Below, in pieces: positions 26,501 through 40,483 of a stretch of DNA of 64,000 nt (positions are counted from its first letter, which is position 1; each line of letters opens with the position of its first letter). The notes below the pieces were generated by a model that searched no databases, was not told the origin of the DNA, and saw only the letters and a list, made by a program, of their open reading frames with translations. The translations under genes were made by a program, and so were the position numbers. Origin of the DNA: Spironucleus salmonicida (taxonomy: Eukaryota); contig NC_090602.1 in NCBI RefSeq assembly GCF_000497125.1, positions 620,001 to 684,000 on the forward strand. The letters are read 5' to 3'.

Positions 26501-28748
26501 TTTAGAACGAAGTTGAAGATTTGTTTTTGTAAATTTAAAAGTTATCCATAGTTAAAGTTATTAGAGAAAGCAAAAACTAGGTAAAAAAATATTTTTAAAA
26601 GTATTATTATAATGATATAATGTTTCATATACACGTGAAAGCAACAAAATAAAATAGGAGATTTAACGATTTATTCCTAATAATACTGTTATGGGGAAAT
26701 TTGAAAAAATACAAAAATAAATATTTAGGTAAATGCGAAACAAGTAGTTAATATTAAATTAAAGTTTCGAAAGTACTTTAGATTATTCACAGTATATTAT
26801 TATTGTAAAAATTCATTTCAGGTAAAATAAATAATTTAATATCAATAGATAATAGTTATATTAATGAATTTTTCGATTTCCTCTTTTTTATATACGTTAA
26901 TAATTAAAGGTTAAAATCTATTTTCAATAATTGAATGTAATTACATAAAAAATATATATTTCGAATTAAATGAGTAGAAATTGATATTTTTAACTAGATA
27001 AATAATTGATATATTTTAAAACTTTAGACATAGATAATATAATATATTATAGTATATCAATCATTTTTGATAGTATATATAATTACCATATAATACTAAT
27101 AAATACCGAATAAGTATAACTGATACTTACTTAAAATATTATAATTTATATTAATATATTTGATTATAAATTATGAAAATAAGGTACATGAATTGATGTA
27201 GAAATTAGTAATACTATACATTTTAAACGCTTCATTATGCATAAACAACCATTAACGTTAACTTTATCTCATTGAAACTAAAATTAGTTATCATTATTAA
27301 AGCAATTACCTTAGGTATCTAATATATACTTAATAATTATAATAACACTTTGTTTTAATTATTATGAAAACAACGCTCCTTTTTGCATATAATTACTTAA
27401 TATTATACTATATAATAATAATTTTATATATAATTGGTCATAAAATGTTCATGCGAATAATACACATTCAGGACAAATCTACAATTCTACTTATTACACC
27501 AATAAATCTAATAGTTAAATACTAAATCCAGCAGATCAATAGCTCTCTTCTAGCGATGTCTGTACCAACTTAATGCAATGATTCCATTCAAGCCATTTAT
27601 CCTCTGCCCATTCACACTCCCTCAAAACACTATAAGCTTTCCTCAATTATATCATAACATCCCTAAACCATTAAATTGCTGCTAAAATACCTCATAATAA
27701 ATTGATTTAAATACGATTATTTTAACCCATTTTAACCCCAATAAACCGCATTCAGCCCTCCATGCAACCCTATACCCCCTTATTCACTCTCAGACCGCCC
27801 CGCAAAACCTGCTAATTTCAGCCTATCCTATCAAAATTCTACCAACTCCCTCAACGGCTTATATCAGCATATAATACTAACTATAATAACCTTCCAAATT
27901 TCCGTGACTTTCTACGGTAGAACCACAAATTTTTCACTCCAATTTTTCACTTCAACGGCGCATTTTTTAACGGCGAACAGCACGATTTTGAGCGCTACAA
28001 ACGAATTGAGCGGGTAGTTTTTTGGCGTTTTAAGGACTTCAAAAAGGTCATTTTTCCGCCTTTCGGAATGACGTTTTTAGCGCAAATTTTCGCTCCAAAA
28101 CTGCAAAATCCATCAAATTCTAATAGCTCGCAGGGCGCAAAAGCTTCGTTTTAGCATTTTTAGGGTGCAGGTTTCATAGAATTTCGTGCTGATATAAAGG
28201 TGAAAAAATTACTTTATTGTAGTAAGAATGCGTATAGAAAATTAGTGATTTTTGCGGTAGCGGGTGTGAAAAGATGTTGTAGACAAAAATTAGGAATGTG
28301 TTTATTATGTATAGTTTATTTAATGGTAATTTAATTGTGATATAACGTATATGTTATATCTGATCCAACGAAATAGGAATTTGATTTTTGCATGATTTAG
28401 AGCGAAAACGAAAATGTGAAGTTTTGGGGTTGACATCCGCAGGATATGGCTATTCTGAATGGGTTCAGTTGTGGAGTTGAACGGTGAGTAGAAGTTACCA
28501 AGTTAACGAAATTATGGTGTATATGTAAATTTAAGGAGCAGTTAGGAGAATTTATTAGACTACTTAGTTAATGTGATATTAGTCATTTTTACAGCTGTAA
28601 TTGGAAGCATTGCCTTAATGAACACAGTTTCCAGGTTGAATTGTTTTATTTTGTATAAGAATGACAGATTTTTCCAAGCTCTAGCATGAGTTATTATGGG
28701 AATATAGCTACAAATGCTTCTAAGGTTATGTCAAATATGACATAGAGG

Positions 28749-31700
28749 TCAGAGAAATTTTTCAACATCATCTTACGATTACACCTCTGTTTATTATTTA
28801 GCAGGCTCTTCTTTATTCTGCTAATTATATATTAAATCTATTTATTAGATAATCTTCTCAACAGTCTAATTTTCTATATTTCTTAGATAATCTATGCAAA
28901 ACATAGAAGACGTATTGTTGCGTTTACAGTTCACAAAGTAGAAAATGTCAAGACGGAAAAATTTATCATTGAATAACTATTTGCTTTCCTACTACTATTC
29001 TTTTTCTTTTAATTCTTATAAGTAATCAAGTACAGTTGTGTTTTTTGTTCCGTAAGGTGATATCGTGTTCTTATCTTAAATCTTTTACTACACTTTTAAT
29101 TACTATAGTAATTATTTGATCTTTCCTAATAACACTTTAAACGCAAAATGAACTATGATTTATGGCAATCCGAACAGATTTTTCCAGTAAGTGTTAACAT
29201 TAATAATCTCGATTTCTGCTTATTATCCTTTCTCTAGAACGCTAGTGCACCATTCTGATATTAGATTTTGCAATTCCTAAATCTCTTCCTTTGACATTAC
29301 TTTTACCTAATTCGGAGTTGCACCGCCAGGTTATTATAATACTTTTCCGTCATTGACTTAGCTATATTATTCTGTTAGTAGTGGTACGGATAGCACCGCA
29401 TATTTTGATGCGGTTACAATTTACTATTAGAATTTCGATTCTTTTGCCAACTAACTTTAAGATAATTAATTAAATAGCTAACATAATTCGAGCATATCAA
29501 ACGCAAGTTACTAGTCTAGTACCGATAGTCCTACGTCTTCCTAATTTGTTTCAGATTCGTTAGTTGGTGTTTACAATCCTATCGCCTAGTTCCATAGATC
29601 CATGTAATCTTAAATTCCAACTTAGTCTTAAGTTGATTGTTTCCCTATTTAGATTTGTACATCCTTTTATGATTTCTCTCCTAATAGTAACTCACCTTTT
29701 ATACATGTTAGCATTTTATCAACAAAACTCTAATATGCCACTGCACTTTAATGTTTTTATGTAGCAACTAATGTGTCAGCTGTTGGCTACTTAGCGTTTT
29801 CTTATACCTATTCAAATTCTTTACTAGCCTGTTCTATTAATAATGTAGTTTTTTCCTGTGTCGTAGATTACAGTTCCTTTTCCTTCTTCAATATTTCTTT
29901 TAATATGTTCAGTGTATTCATGGCGGCATTTACAGAACCTTCGCGTTCTTTTGATATAATTTATTTGGATGTTAAATCTGTTTAAGCGTCTTCAACCCGT
30001 TATTTCACAGTCGCGGTCATATTCGTAGCTTCTGTTTAATTCTACGTTAATAATTCAATTTATTAATTTGCATTTATTAGCCTTTCTGCTAGATGTTTTA
30101 TTGCTTCTAAACGAACACTACTATCATACTTGGCTTATAACAGTTCAAATTCAGCTTACGCTTTTATGGCAGCTTTTGCAATATCATTATCTTCATTAGT
30201 ATTTTCTGTTAGTGTTTATTACCAATCTTTTGCTTATTATAACTATATCTCTGCCTATTCAATATTAAACTATTTTCTTGGAGAAACTGATGCATATTAT
30301 GCATATAGTAATGCTTTTTCTGCTTTTTCAATCTCTTACACTGCATTTAACATTGCGTATTCTTACCGTTTTTCGTACTAAATAACTATATTTTTAGCAT
30401 CTATATTTGGTTTGCTTGCGTTTAATTTAGCTGTAGTTAGTTCTGCTTCCGCTTGGTTGAATTTGGCTTTGGCTGTAGTTAGTTCTGCTTCCGCTTGGTT
30501 GACTTTGGCTTTGGCTGTAGTTAGTTCTGCTTCAGCTTCGTCTACTTCGTTCTTCAGCTATTCTACTTTATCATCTGCTTTTACCACTTCGTTCTTCAGC
30601 TATACTACTTTGTCATTTGCTTGGGCTACATCATTATTCAGCTATTCTACTTTGGCTTTTACTTCACTTAAAACCTCCGCCTCTTTCTGTGCTTAGTATG
30701 CTTCTACTTTTTCCGTTCTTGCTTCATATTATGGACTCACCTAGTGGTGCAGGCAAATCTGATTGAAGTTTTGCTGGTATTTATTTGTTACATGTAAACA
30801 TGTTGCAATCCCAGTATCTTTTTATTTTTCAAACAGTTCTTCCCCAGTATGGTTTCCGGAATCCATCAACAGGTTAATGCTTGAAACTTTCTTTCCTTCA
30901 ACTTCATGGGCCTAAATTGATAGCATGCTTTTGTTAGAAAATGAATTTATTATTGTATCCTCCACCCCGAATAGTGAAATTAGATAATCCGGCATCGGCG
31001 GAGATGTATCAACAAATAGATTCGAAATGCAAGTTTTATCAGTAATAGTTACGATCGCAAGTTTCTCATCCTCCTATAGTAGACCTAGTTGTTTTAGCTT
31101 TATATAGCAAACGCTGGCGTTCTGAATAGCTTCACCAACGTACATATTTATGTCTGGCGTAGTGCAGTACCAGTATTTGTCAAAAGATTTTTGTAAAAAC
31201 ATGAAAAATGCACCTTTAAAAAGCGACTAAAACTGTGCATAAATTTCTTTCAGTGTGGGGATATTATTCTATTAGACCTACAGTGGATTCATATAAATTT
31301 CCAGATACTGTGAATACGTGATAACCTATTTAAAAAGTTTAGTTAGCCCACTCATATGAGTAGGTTACTGTCTGCATAATGATACAATAATGATTATCGC
31401 GGATGATATCTCTGATATCTGCTGCTACTTAAGCAAACCCTCGATTTATCCCGTAGTGCATAACTGGCTAAGTTAGGCTTAATCCGATTCTCCATTTAGC
31501 ATGGTAAGCGTATCTAGAAACCTCTAGCTTGCTAAGAAATGTAATACGAACACCACATCTCGATTCAGCGTTGAGGATGAGGTGAGATGTAAATGTTTAT
31601 TAAATTCTGCAATCGACTACGGCTTAAACAGTACCTATTTGCATTTCTAATCTATGCGCTAGTTAACTCCAACTTATTAACCCTACCTAATTATGAACAA

Positions 31701-34472
31701 TGAATTGTGAATTTGCATATGAGAAGAAATCTAATGCAAAGGAATAGACTTCTAATTAATAGTGAACTAGAATTATTGTGTAGAATTAAAAAAGTACGCA
31801 TTTGTACGTTTATTAATAATTATCTATGGGCACACCAAGGGGCACAAGAACTGCATCTCTGCCGCTAGCGCTGGAACTGTCGTAAGGTAGAAATCCTTGA
31901 TGCTCATATCTATTACCTTCTTCTTTACGTATTGGATCATAGAATCGTCAGTGAGGGCTGCAATTTGCATACCTTGGTAGTAGTGTTAAGTCAAGCAGGA
32001 GGAGTGCATTTAGGAGGTACCCAGTATATTAGATTGAGTATATTGAACTTAGCCTCTACTGCTTTCAGAAGTATAAATAAATTAATTTTATCTAATGGAG
32101 TTTATAAGTGCTAGATCGGTCCCAGCTGACAAAAAGTTACAGTTACCATGCGTTATTATTTGTATTTCTTGATAATTTAAACTAGAACTTAAGTCAAATC
32201 TTATCTTAAAAATAGAGTTTAATTACACAATAAATTTATCAAACGAGTTTGAAGAATCAATAAAATAGGCATAAAGTTTGTAATTAATTGAATCAATACC
32301 TGTAAATCTGGGTGGCTAGTTGGTGTAATTCATTGCGTAAGATAAATTTCTCCAAAATATAGTCTCCATGCTTCTTGGATTATAGAGCATTATTAGAAAA
32401 TGATATAATTATTGCTTGAAAACAGCTCTATTTGGATATTCCTTCAAATTTATCATCATTTCAGAAAAAAATTTATGGTTAATAATTGATGTTTTTACAT
32501 CAATAAAGTTTGGGGAAGAAATAACTATTAAATCTACTAAAGCAGATGCATTTGTATCAATTAATAAATCATAGTAACAAAGCTATTTGAAAAAATATTC
32601 TTCAACTTAATCAGAATCAAGTATGGATTTTATTTTTTAAGCAAGCTTTTCCTTTATGTTTAGTAGACTTTAATCACATTTATAATCTACAATTGTATTT
32701 TCATCCAACCATTTTTATATTTAGTGAACGTGTTAAGTACCTGTGGTACCTACAAGTATTTTTAAAACATATTCAATACAAGATCTAGCCTAATCAATAA
32801 ACTTGTTCATATATTAATCAACAAGCTATACAATTATTTTTTCGACTTGATAGTAATTATCTTTCTAATGATTTAGGCATTCGTCTACTAAAACGATTAC
32901 TTTTTGCGTTTTATCATACTTCTATCCTTGAATAAATAATTTATAAGATTCTTTTAATTCTTTTAATTAGATACGATCTTTTTCATTTAATGTTTTTTTA
33001 TAATATAAATTCGTAAGGTTTAATTATTAGTTTAAATTCTTGTCTGCTTCGCAATAAGCCGTAGAATTTATTTAAAAAAAATTATCTAAAGATATATTTT
33101 TAAATGTATTAAAGTCTGTTTATCCACTAAAATACTGATCAAATGCACTTCTTATTTAATTAGTTTAAGCTTCCTATTAAAAACATTGGATATAAATATT
33201 AATTTTAGAAACCAAATAGGATAGGTAATTGTAGCTAATAAGGCCCTAGTTTAAATTAGACATAGCAATAGTTTCAATAGATATATTTGTACTAGATGCA
33301 AAGATATTCTTGAGATTATCTCCTAAATTAATAGAACTTCTATTATATAATGGTTGCAGTTATAAATCTGAATTCTAATATTAGTGTCCTATATTTATTA
33401 ATATAGGAATTTGCAGCCCCGAGAACAGGTTGAAGTAGAAGATGGTGTGCAGGGTGACGGTTTTCCCGCTCCTCGAACTCTGGCTCAGAACCGCATTATC
33501 GAGGGGGAAGAATGCTGAGAACACCGCAAAGTACTGCGCCTTGAAGAGGTAGGACACGTCGCACATTTGCTGGAAGATGAACTAGTTGCTATCGTTAAAG
33601 TCTAATATGTTTAGTAAATGCACTGGGAGCTCAAAGATATTCTTGAAGACTTAAGTGATTTTACGGACTGTAAAACTTTCGATCCTATCATTTCTATTCT
33701 AGTCTATAAAAGTAGTTTTATATGAAATTGCAGATGGGTGGGTTGCAGTTGTATACATTTCTTATGCATGATGAATATAAATCTGAGGGAAATTTGGGAG
33801 ATGAATTGTTTTACCAGATTTCACATTATTAATATAACCAGCATCTTCAACAAGAATTTCCATATCCTATTTTTAATATTAAATAATTTGATTGTAAATA
33901 ATGTAGGCACTATAGCCTAGTATCATTGGCAGGAGATGCGCATATTGCTATTATTTATGGGCAGCCAAGCCAATTCGCTCCAAAATAACCAATTTCATGG
34001 AATAGGACATTTTACCGTCAAACCTGAACTGGCTCAATCCCGCCATGGTATCGAGCTACTGAGTGTCGATTCTGAGGAGCTAGGAGACTATTATTATTTA
34101 GTTGGTTGGCTTATAGTAGCCGATATCAGAATAGCTAATAAACGACACCGTTGAGAATCCCATTTGCAGAGACAGCGAAGCCAAGTTCCGCCAGTACTCG
34201 GTGACTGCAGTGTTGGATGCTTCCAGTTCATCTTATATTATGATCAGCTGGATGTTGCTTCTGAGCATCAGTCCTTGCCTGTGTTGCCACAGGAAGAGGT
34301 GCAGGAGGCTGAGGGCTTCAACAGTATCAATGGTTATTTTCAGGTAGCGTACGGTATCGCCAACTTCACTTATATTAAATTCAGTTCCGATAAATGAGAA
34401 AGTGACCTTCTCTGCTAAGAGCTTCTAGTTCTGATCGAGGCAGCGGAAAACAATTCGGTATGCATCTGTCAT
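28749..34472 (-). CDS. large hypothetical protein with coiled-coil repeat region, 1907 aa
   Basis: No in-frame TGA found from MTDAYRIVF to ...DDVEKFL; C-rich motif before the ATG. Confidence 0.8.
30425..30665 (-). repeat. 42-bp coding tandem repeats (AEAELTTAKAKxNQ x3; KVxQLxNxVxxAxD x3)
   Basis: Visible 42-nt period equal to double heptads. Confidence 0.85.
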
Positions 34473-35158
34473 TTGGTGGAATGGTTATATAATATAATGC
34501 TGCATGCATTATATAATATATCATGTATGACAAGTAAATGATATAACGCTCAAATCGCCGATCTGGATAATATGCGAGTGTAGGTTACCTTCCTTCTAGT
34601 ATTAGCCCACTTTAATATTTGTGCACTATGTAGCAAATAGACCAGTTAGGTTACGAGAGACCTTGGCAGTGGTTGGCAAATGAACTACACCCGTGTGAAG
34701 CATGCTATTTGCAGAAACGGCCACCCTAGCAGTCCAGAAGCGAGAAATTCGTGCAAAGTTTCCATATTTCAGCAAATAGGTATTGGTACTTAACTTTCTC
34801 CAGCCGGTCAAATTAAAAGGACTCCGAAAGACGCTATAAGTAATATTTTGGCTCAAACAAAGTATTACTATTAACTTGCGCTTGAGTGGTTGACAGCTTT
34901 ATTGTTAGCAGTATGGAAATTGCTTTACGTGAGAAAACTTAGTATAAGCCGTTAAACTAATAATAGAAATTAATATTATTATATTTGAATACAGAGATCG
35001 TTATTGGAAGATCGCCATTATATTTAATTATTTAGAGCTTAGCTTAAAGTAAAATATAATAAGTAACCAAAATATTACTTAATCAGTCATATTTTCTAGT
35101 AGAATGATTTTGGAATAAAAATCAACCTTGAACTCTAAAGTATTATTAATAATAGTAT

Positions 35159-35953
35159 TCATTTTCCTTCGTATCCATTGATTATGCTATCAATAATATC
35201 TTAAAAAATGAACTACAATGTTTAATTATAAAATCCTCCTTAATTTCCACCTTAAAAGTCAATTGTACAATCAATAATTTCAAAAATAAATATTATAACA
35301 AAGCATAGACTTTTGTTTTTCGTAAATAAACTCAAAAATATACACAAAAATAATATTCTTGTTACCATCTCTTACTCACCAATGTATATATCAGTAATAA
35401 GACTTCTAAAGACAACTTAGAGTGACATAATTCCTATAAACATATAAAAATTATTATGGTTACGTAATTATATTTTAAGCACGAGACAAGTCTCAAAATA
35501 ACTAAATTGGATTATAGATGACATACCAAGTACAGATTTTTTATAAATTAAATATAAACCAGGAAATATACTTTAAAATGCATAACTTACCAAAAATGGT
35601 CCTATTTTGTCATGATAATTGATATTTGCAAAATAAATTAATATAAAAGCATTTATAAATGTTAATATAAATGCTTTTAAAGAATTAAGCGGAATTGCTA
35701 AATTTTCACGTAAAAAAGTAGCAAAAAATGAATTTTGCTAGTAAAAATACTAAAAGTGAGTCAAGAATAAAAACGAATTAGAATTATTTAATACTTTGAA
35801 GAAGTCAAAAAACAGATCAAGTATTTTTGCTGGAATCTCAAGTGCTTCATTAAATTATTATTGGTGAGATATTGAAAAAGATTCTGATTGATGAAGATCA
35901 ACTGATGAAGATATTTCCTCTTCTTCGTAAGATTCTTCAATATATACTTACAT
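35159..35953 (-). CDS. hypothetical multi-pass membrane protein, 264 aa
   Basis: MQVYIEESYEEEEIS... open to TGA; very AT-rich, so a chance ORF is not excluded. Confidence 0.5.
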
Positions 35954-36147
35954 TAGGAAATAAACTATATACTATTAAAACTATATAATAATTATGAAAT
36001 TTAATAACTACTGTTTTAAAACTTATACTAGCTATTCATAATGAGTGTATAGTTTAGAAATATAAATAGTACTATATATTTATTTATCCATTTTAAACAC
36101 TATAAAATAATATATATACTTAGATGTATTATGACTATAATTAACAT

Positions 36148-36220
36148 CGTCGTTTGGCTCTGTTGGTAGAGTACTTGACTAGTAATCAGGAGGTCCTGGG
36201 TTCGATTCCTAGAACGATAG
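36148..36220 (+). tRNA. tRNA-Thr(AGT), atypical acceptor stem and D-loop
   Basis: D-stem GCTC/GAGT; anticodon arm CTTGA-CTAGTAA-TCAGG; T-arm CTGGG-TTCGATT-CCTAG; T7 run immediately downstream. Confidence 0.85.
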
Positions 36221-36301
36221 CTTTTTTTAAATCACCGAAATCGACATTCCTAACTCACAAAAAAGTTTACAATCTCTTATTCAAACATATAACATTTTCC
36301 C

Positions 36302-37126
36302 TCACTTAAATTTAGCGAAAACGAGCCCGCCCTTGCTCAGGACGATTTCGTAACTCTCAGGATCGACGAGCATCTCCCAACCCTTAATTTTGAGTGCATA
36401 AGCGATCTGCGCCGATCTCAGTAAGTACCCGATCGTGGCGCTGTCCTTGTCCTCGATACCGACTTCCTTGTACCTGACGACGATTTCCTGCATTTTTTAG
36501 GTCATTTCCGCGTTGATTTTCTTCTCCAGAACAGCGTCCGCGTGGTTCAAGTTTGCGTAATAAAGCTCCTGAATCGTTCCCGCCTTGCCCGTTTTCGCGA
36601 GAATCCGCTCCAAAATCGCGGCGTCGAAGTCCTGCGCGAACGCCAAAACGCAGAATTCGGCGGCGTAGTAATCGACGTCCTTGAGGTCCTCCGCGAACTT
36701 GTACTCCTGGGCCAGATTCTGCTCGGCGGCGGCGGTTAAAATGGCGACAATTTGGGCGCTTTCGAGGGGGGAAGCAGTCGAAATTTGCCTCGCTGAGTTC
36801 TGCGTCAGCGCGCTGTTCTTGTAGAAGGCGCCCGCCAGCACCGCGCGCAGGGCGGCGTTGAAGATTTCGAGACGTTTCTGACGTTTTTCGGCCTTGAGGC
36901 CCTTGAAGTACGTGGATGCGTAGAAATGCGAAATTGCGTGCAGCTGGTCTGCCAGCTGCTCGTAGTTGACGAGGATGGCGGCTGCAAAGTTGTTCTGATC
37001 GGAAAACGAGGTGATTTTGGCAAACTGCGAAAGGATCTTCTCGAAGTCAGCTGCCTTGTCGAACAGGGGTCTGAAGGTCGCGTGCTGGTTGTTGATCAGG
37101 GCAGAATAGGCAGCTATATAGTCCAT
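36302..37126 (-). CDS. hypothetical helical protein, 274 aa (possibly PCI-like C-terminus)
   Basis: 36497..37126 and 36302..36493 join in frame; GC3-rich codons; AGTGA stop. Confidence 0.8.
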
Positions 37127-37402
37127 TTGGTCAGGGGAGCGAAAAATGGAAAGTTGAATAAAACATTAATATTATATGAAAATAATATGATAGTTTTTTG
37201 TTTTTGGAAGTATGGGGATGAGGGTGAAAACTTGGTCAGCTTGTTGTAATTTTGGTAGGTAGTTTTGGTTTTGGTGGCTAGGTAGGTCTTTTAGTTGGTT
37301 GGTGAATCGGTTTGATGTCTGAAATTTATCGGTAGCATCCTTCGTACAATGTGGTATGGTTAGTAAAAGTAACTAGGAAATTACGAAAGTGAGCTAAACT
37401 AT

Positions 37403-37630
37403 TCATTCCATTGAGCTAACCTCATCTAACATGTCAAAATCTAAAGAAATTGAAAGAATATCTAGTGAGTCTATTGCGTTTAAATACTGTTTAATTAAGG
37501 TGTTTTTATTTCTATATGGCCTCATGTTTGTTCTATCAGAACATGGGCCAACAGGTAAAGAATAAGAGCTAATAGGCGTAAATACGAGCTTGGGAATTAA
37601 AGGTTTTATTCTGGGTGCACATCGCTTCAT
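37403..37630 (-). CDS. small hypothetical protein, 75 aa
   Basis: ATG-to-TGA ORF after an AT-rich upstream region. Confidence 0.55.
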   Translation of the reverse strand: MKRCAPRIKPLIPKLVFTPISSYSLPVGPCSDRTNMRPYRNKNTLIKQYLNAIDSLDILSISLDFDMLDEVSSME

Positions 37631-38029
37631 TTTTAAAATTTAGGATTAATTCTAATTTCATTTATTATCATTAATATACTATGTATTCAATTTAAATTCT
37701 ACTTTGTAAATGAAGAATATATAATCTAAGCGTATTTATAAATTATTTTTAAATTTTCAAGTAGTGTAAATATAGATTTCTATTTTCAATTAAAAGTATA
37801 TCGCCTATTTATATGAATATTATTTGAAATCTTTCTAGTTCTAAATCAGTATAGGGGGGAAATTTGGTTCCTCTAAGATATAGAAAGATTTTATTTTACA
37901 GTAAAATATTTATTATTATATTATATATTATTAAGATATAGTGATAATACTTCTATTATTAAATCATATAATAATATTTATACTTACTCAATAACCTCCA
38001 AAAGTCGTAGAAATCGACTTACTTCCAGC

Positions 38030-38974
38030 TCACTTCATGTTATTTTTCACCTTTTAGACGATGTCCATGTACTGCACGAATTCGGTGTAGAACGAATCAG
38101 GCGCATTGACGCTGAAGGTGAAGAAACCTGCGTTTTTAAACTCAAAAACGATGCAATCCGAGTAGTACCGCAAACTGACAAAATCCGTCATTTCTAGCGG
38201 AACTTCCAGTCCAAGTAGGCTCTCGTGGTCCAAAATTGAAAAGTTTTCGACTCCGACTCCTATATAGCAGTATCGGTATTTTCCGGAGATTTGACGTACA
38301 ACTTCATTGTTATTATAGCAGGTTAGCTCCACGGCGGGAGTCAAAAACTCTGGAAATCGATGAAGATACGAAAGCTCCAAAATGGTGCTTTTCTGCAGCT
38401 GCTAGAGGTCGAATTACTCTTCCTGGAGCCGCTTCAGCGCTGTAAACAGGTTGCCAAAATCGGTCGAAAATTACCTGTTAAGCTGCGAGTGCCGCACGAA
38501 GAACTGCACATCCTCAGGGCACGAAAAAGACTCTTTTAGTAGCCGGTGAAAACGTATCACGAGTAGGTTGTGGTAGGCCTTCCCAGAGAGCTCCGTTTCG
38601 GTCAGCAGGTGGCCTATCGCGAGCTTGTATATAGCACTTTATATCAGCAGTTTCTAGTAAGAATCTGAGATTGGGACGAAGTTGCATCCCACAAGGTGCT
38701 TCTTACGTAAATGCTCAGACTCGTTCACGGATGAGACGCCCGTGAAGAGCGGGAACAGCACTTTAATAAAAACCTGCTGAATCTGCGTTATGCGCTGAGT
38801 GAGAGAATAGATGATATCCTGTTGCGAGTGAAACGATAGCGTTTGCGCTTCTAGCATCGATATGCTTATCAGTTTTGGGAGCATGAGCTGAATGTCATAG
38901 AATGTGGAAAGCGGGTCAACTGGGACGAGGAGGTGCTGTCCGTCCTGGAAAAATAATTTCAGAGGTAGTGACAT
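38030..38974 (-). CDS. FERM-domain-like protein, 314 aa
   Basis: N-terminal LKLFFQDGQHLLVPVDPLSTFYDI (F1-like) and C-terminal YCYIGVGVENFSILD...CIVFEFKNAGFFTF (PH-like F3); AGTGA stop. Confidence 0.6.
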
Positions 38975-39025
38975 TTTTTTAAGAATAGTTTATAATAATA
39001 TATAATAACAATAAATTAAAAATAT

Positions 39026-39268
39026 TCAAATTTATGGCGTTTCGTTGTCTGAAACCGTTCTGGTGCAGTCTTCGTCCAGTGTTAGTGCAAAATCAAGTCC
39101 TTTAGGGCCTGTGAGGATGATTCCATCTCCGCAAAGGGCTACTCCTGAAGAAATATTTCTTTTTAGCCCAGTTTGTTACTATTAAGGTTTTAAACTGCCT
39201 AGAATACTCATGTCTTTTTCTACGTTAATATTTGGTATCTTTTGCAGCTCTTTCTAGATTCTATTCAT
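39026..39268 (-). CDS. small hypothetical protein, 80 aa
   Basis: MNRIQKELQKIP...DNETPQI then TGA. Confidence 0.55.
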
Positions 39269-39986
39269 TAAATTATCTGAATGGTTTTCTCCCAAACCTT
39301 TATATTTATATGCTAAATTAAATTACATTACGAAGTTTAATAATTGTTAATTTTATCGTATATAATAAAACTATTGCAGAATCTCAGCGAACATTCTTAC
39401 TGAGTTTTTCATCATTTATTTTATAATTAAATGACTATATAATTGCTAAATAATCAATTTCGTAATTTATGTAAATACCTATATTTACTTCATTTAATTA
39501 TACGTCTTTAACTTCGCTATGACAGTTATAGTAATACAATCCCACCAGAATCTAGATTCTAATTAAGGCAACTGTTCGCTCTCTGATTTAACCTATTTTT
39601 CACAAAAGCGATTTTTGAACGGTTTAAACCCAAAATCTCAAACAATCTCTATCGATCAGCAAATCCAATAATAATGCTATTATTACTGCGCCAGCAAATA
39701 TAATTCCCCATATTCGTTTAAACCGTCATTCTCCGACGGATCCGCATTTTAATCCTTACCCATCCTTGCTATTGCCCGCCAAATCCTGTACCAATTTCTG
39801 TTTTAGCAATCTTTATTATTATAATCATATATTGATATTTTTTTTGAGTTTCTAAAATTAAATTTAACATACCATTATTATATATTATATGTCATAATAC
39901 TAAGAATCCGTAATTCTTAAACGCTTGATATAAGAACGCATTATTGTGTGTAATTAGAAAGATTTTCTAGAAAAACATTCTAACAA

Positions 39987-40250
39987 ATGAGTACCTCAGG
40001 CGCACCGTCCAGCAGCAACGCCATTTTTGCGCAGAATATGATGGCGACGCTGCTGCCAGCCTGCAAGCCGCAGTTCCATTTCGTGCTTCGCAAAGTCGTT
40101 GATTTTGTAGTTTTGCAGCTGCAGACCGACGCAGAAATCCCGATTGCGGAGTATGCAGCGAGCTGTTCGATCGACCCTGCCGTCTTCATAGCGGTCTAGA
40201 GACGGTGTTTGAGCCATGTCGATTTTGATTTGCTTTAGTTTTTAGTGTGA
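39987..40250 (+). CDS. small cyclin-box-like protein, 87 aa (paralog of 10289)
   Basis: PACKPQFH...FVVLQLQTDAEIPIAEY...FIAVQRRCLSHVDFDLLQF aligns with the 10289 protein. Confidence 0.65.
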
Positions 40251-40483
40251 ATTGGATTTTTAAGTTAAAATTGTATATAATATGCTAAAATAAATTTTTG
40301 CATAAACCAAAATTTTAAAAATAATATATATTAAAATATATAATAATGATATATATTTATAATGGAATTAAATTTATTGCGAAATATTAAATAAAGTATT
40401 GTATACATTTCATGCTATTTGTTATACAATTTTAAAATTGTACAGTAGTTAGAATCTTAGATTTGATCTTTCCTTTAAGAAAA

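Larger units (their letters stand above)
23589..27721. repeat. 4.1-kb inverted duplication of 54279-58409 (282-bp element + CRMP gene + upstream region)
   Basis: Mirror sum about 81998; paired ORFs 24002..24247 and 57751..57996. Confidence 0.93.

Noticed and set aside
34523-34990. Two overlapping plus-strand ORFs of 115-140 aa
   Set aside because: Cannot tell which, if either, is real
34991-35020. ACAGAGA possible U6 snRNA box
   Set aside because: No AGC triad or internal stem-loop downstream
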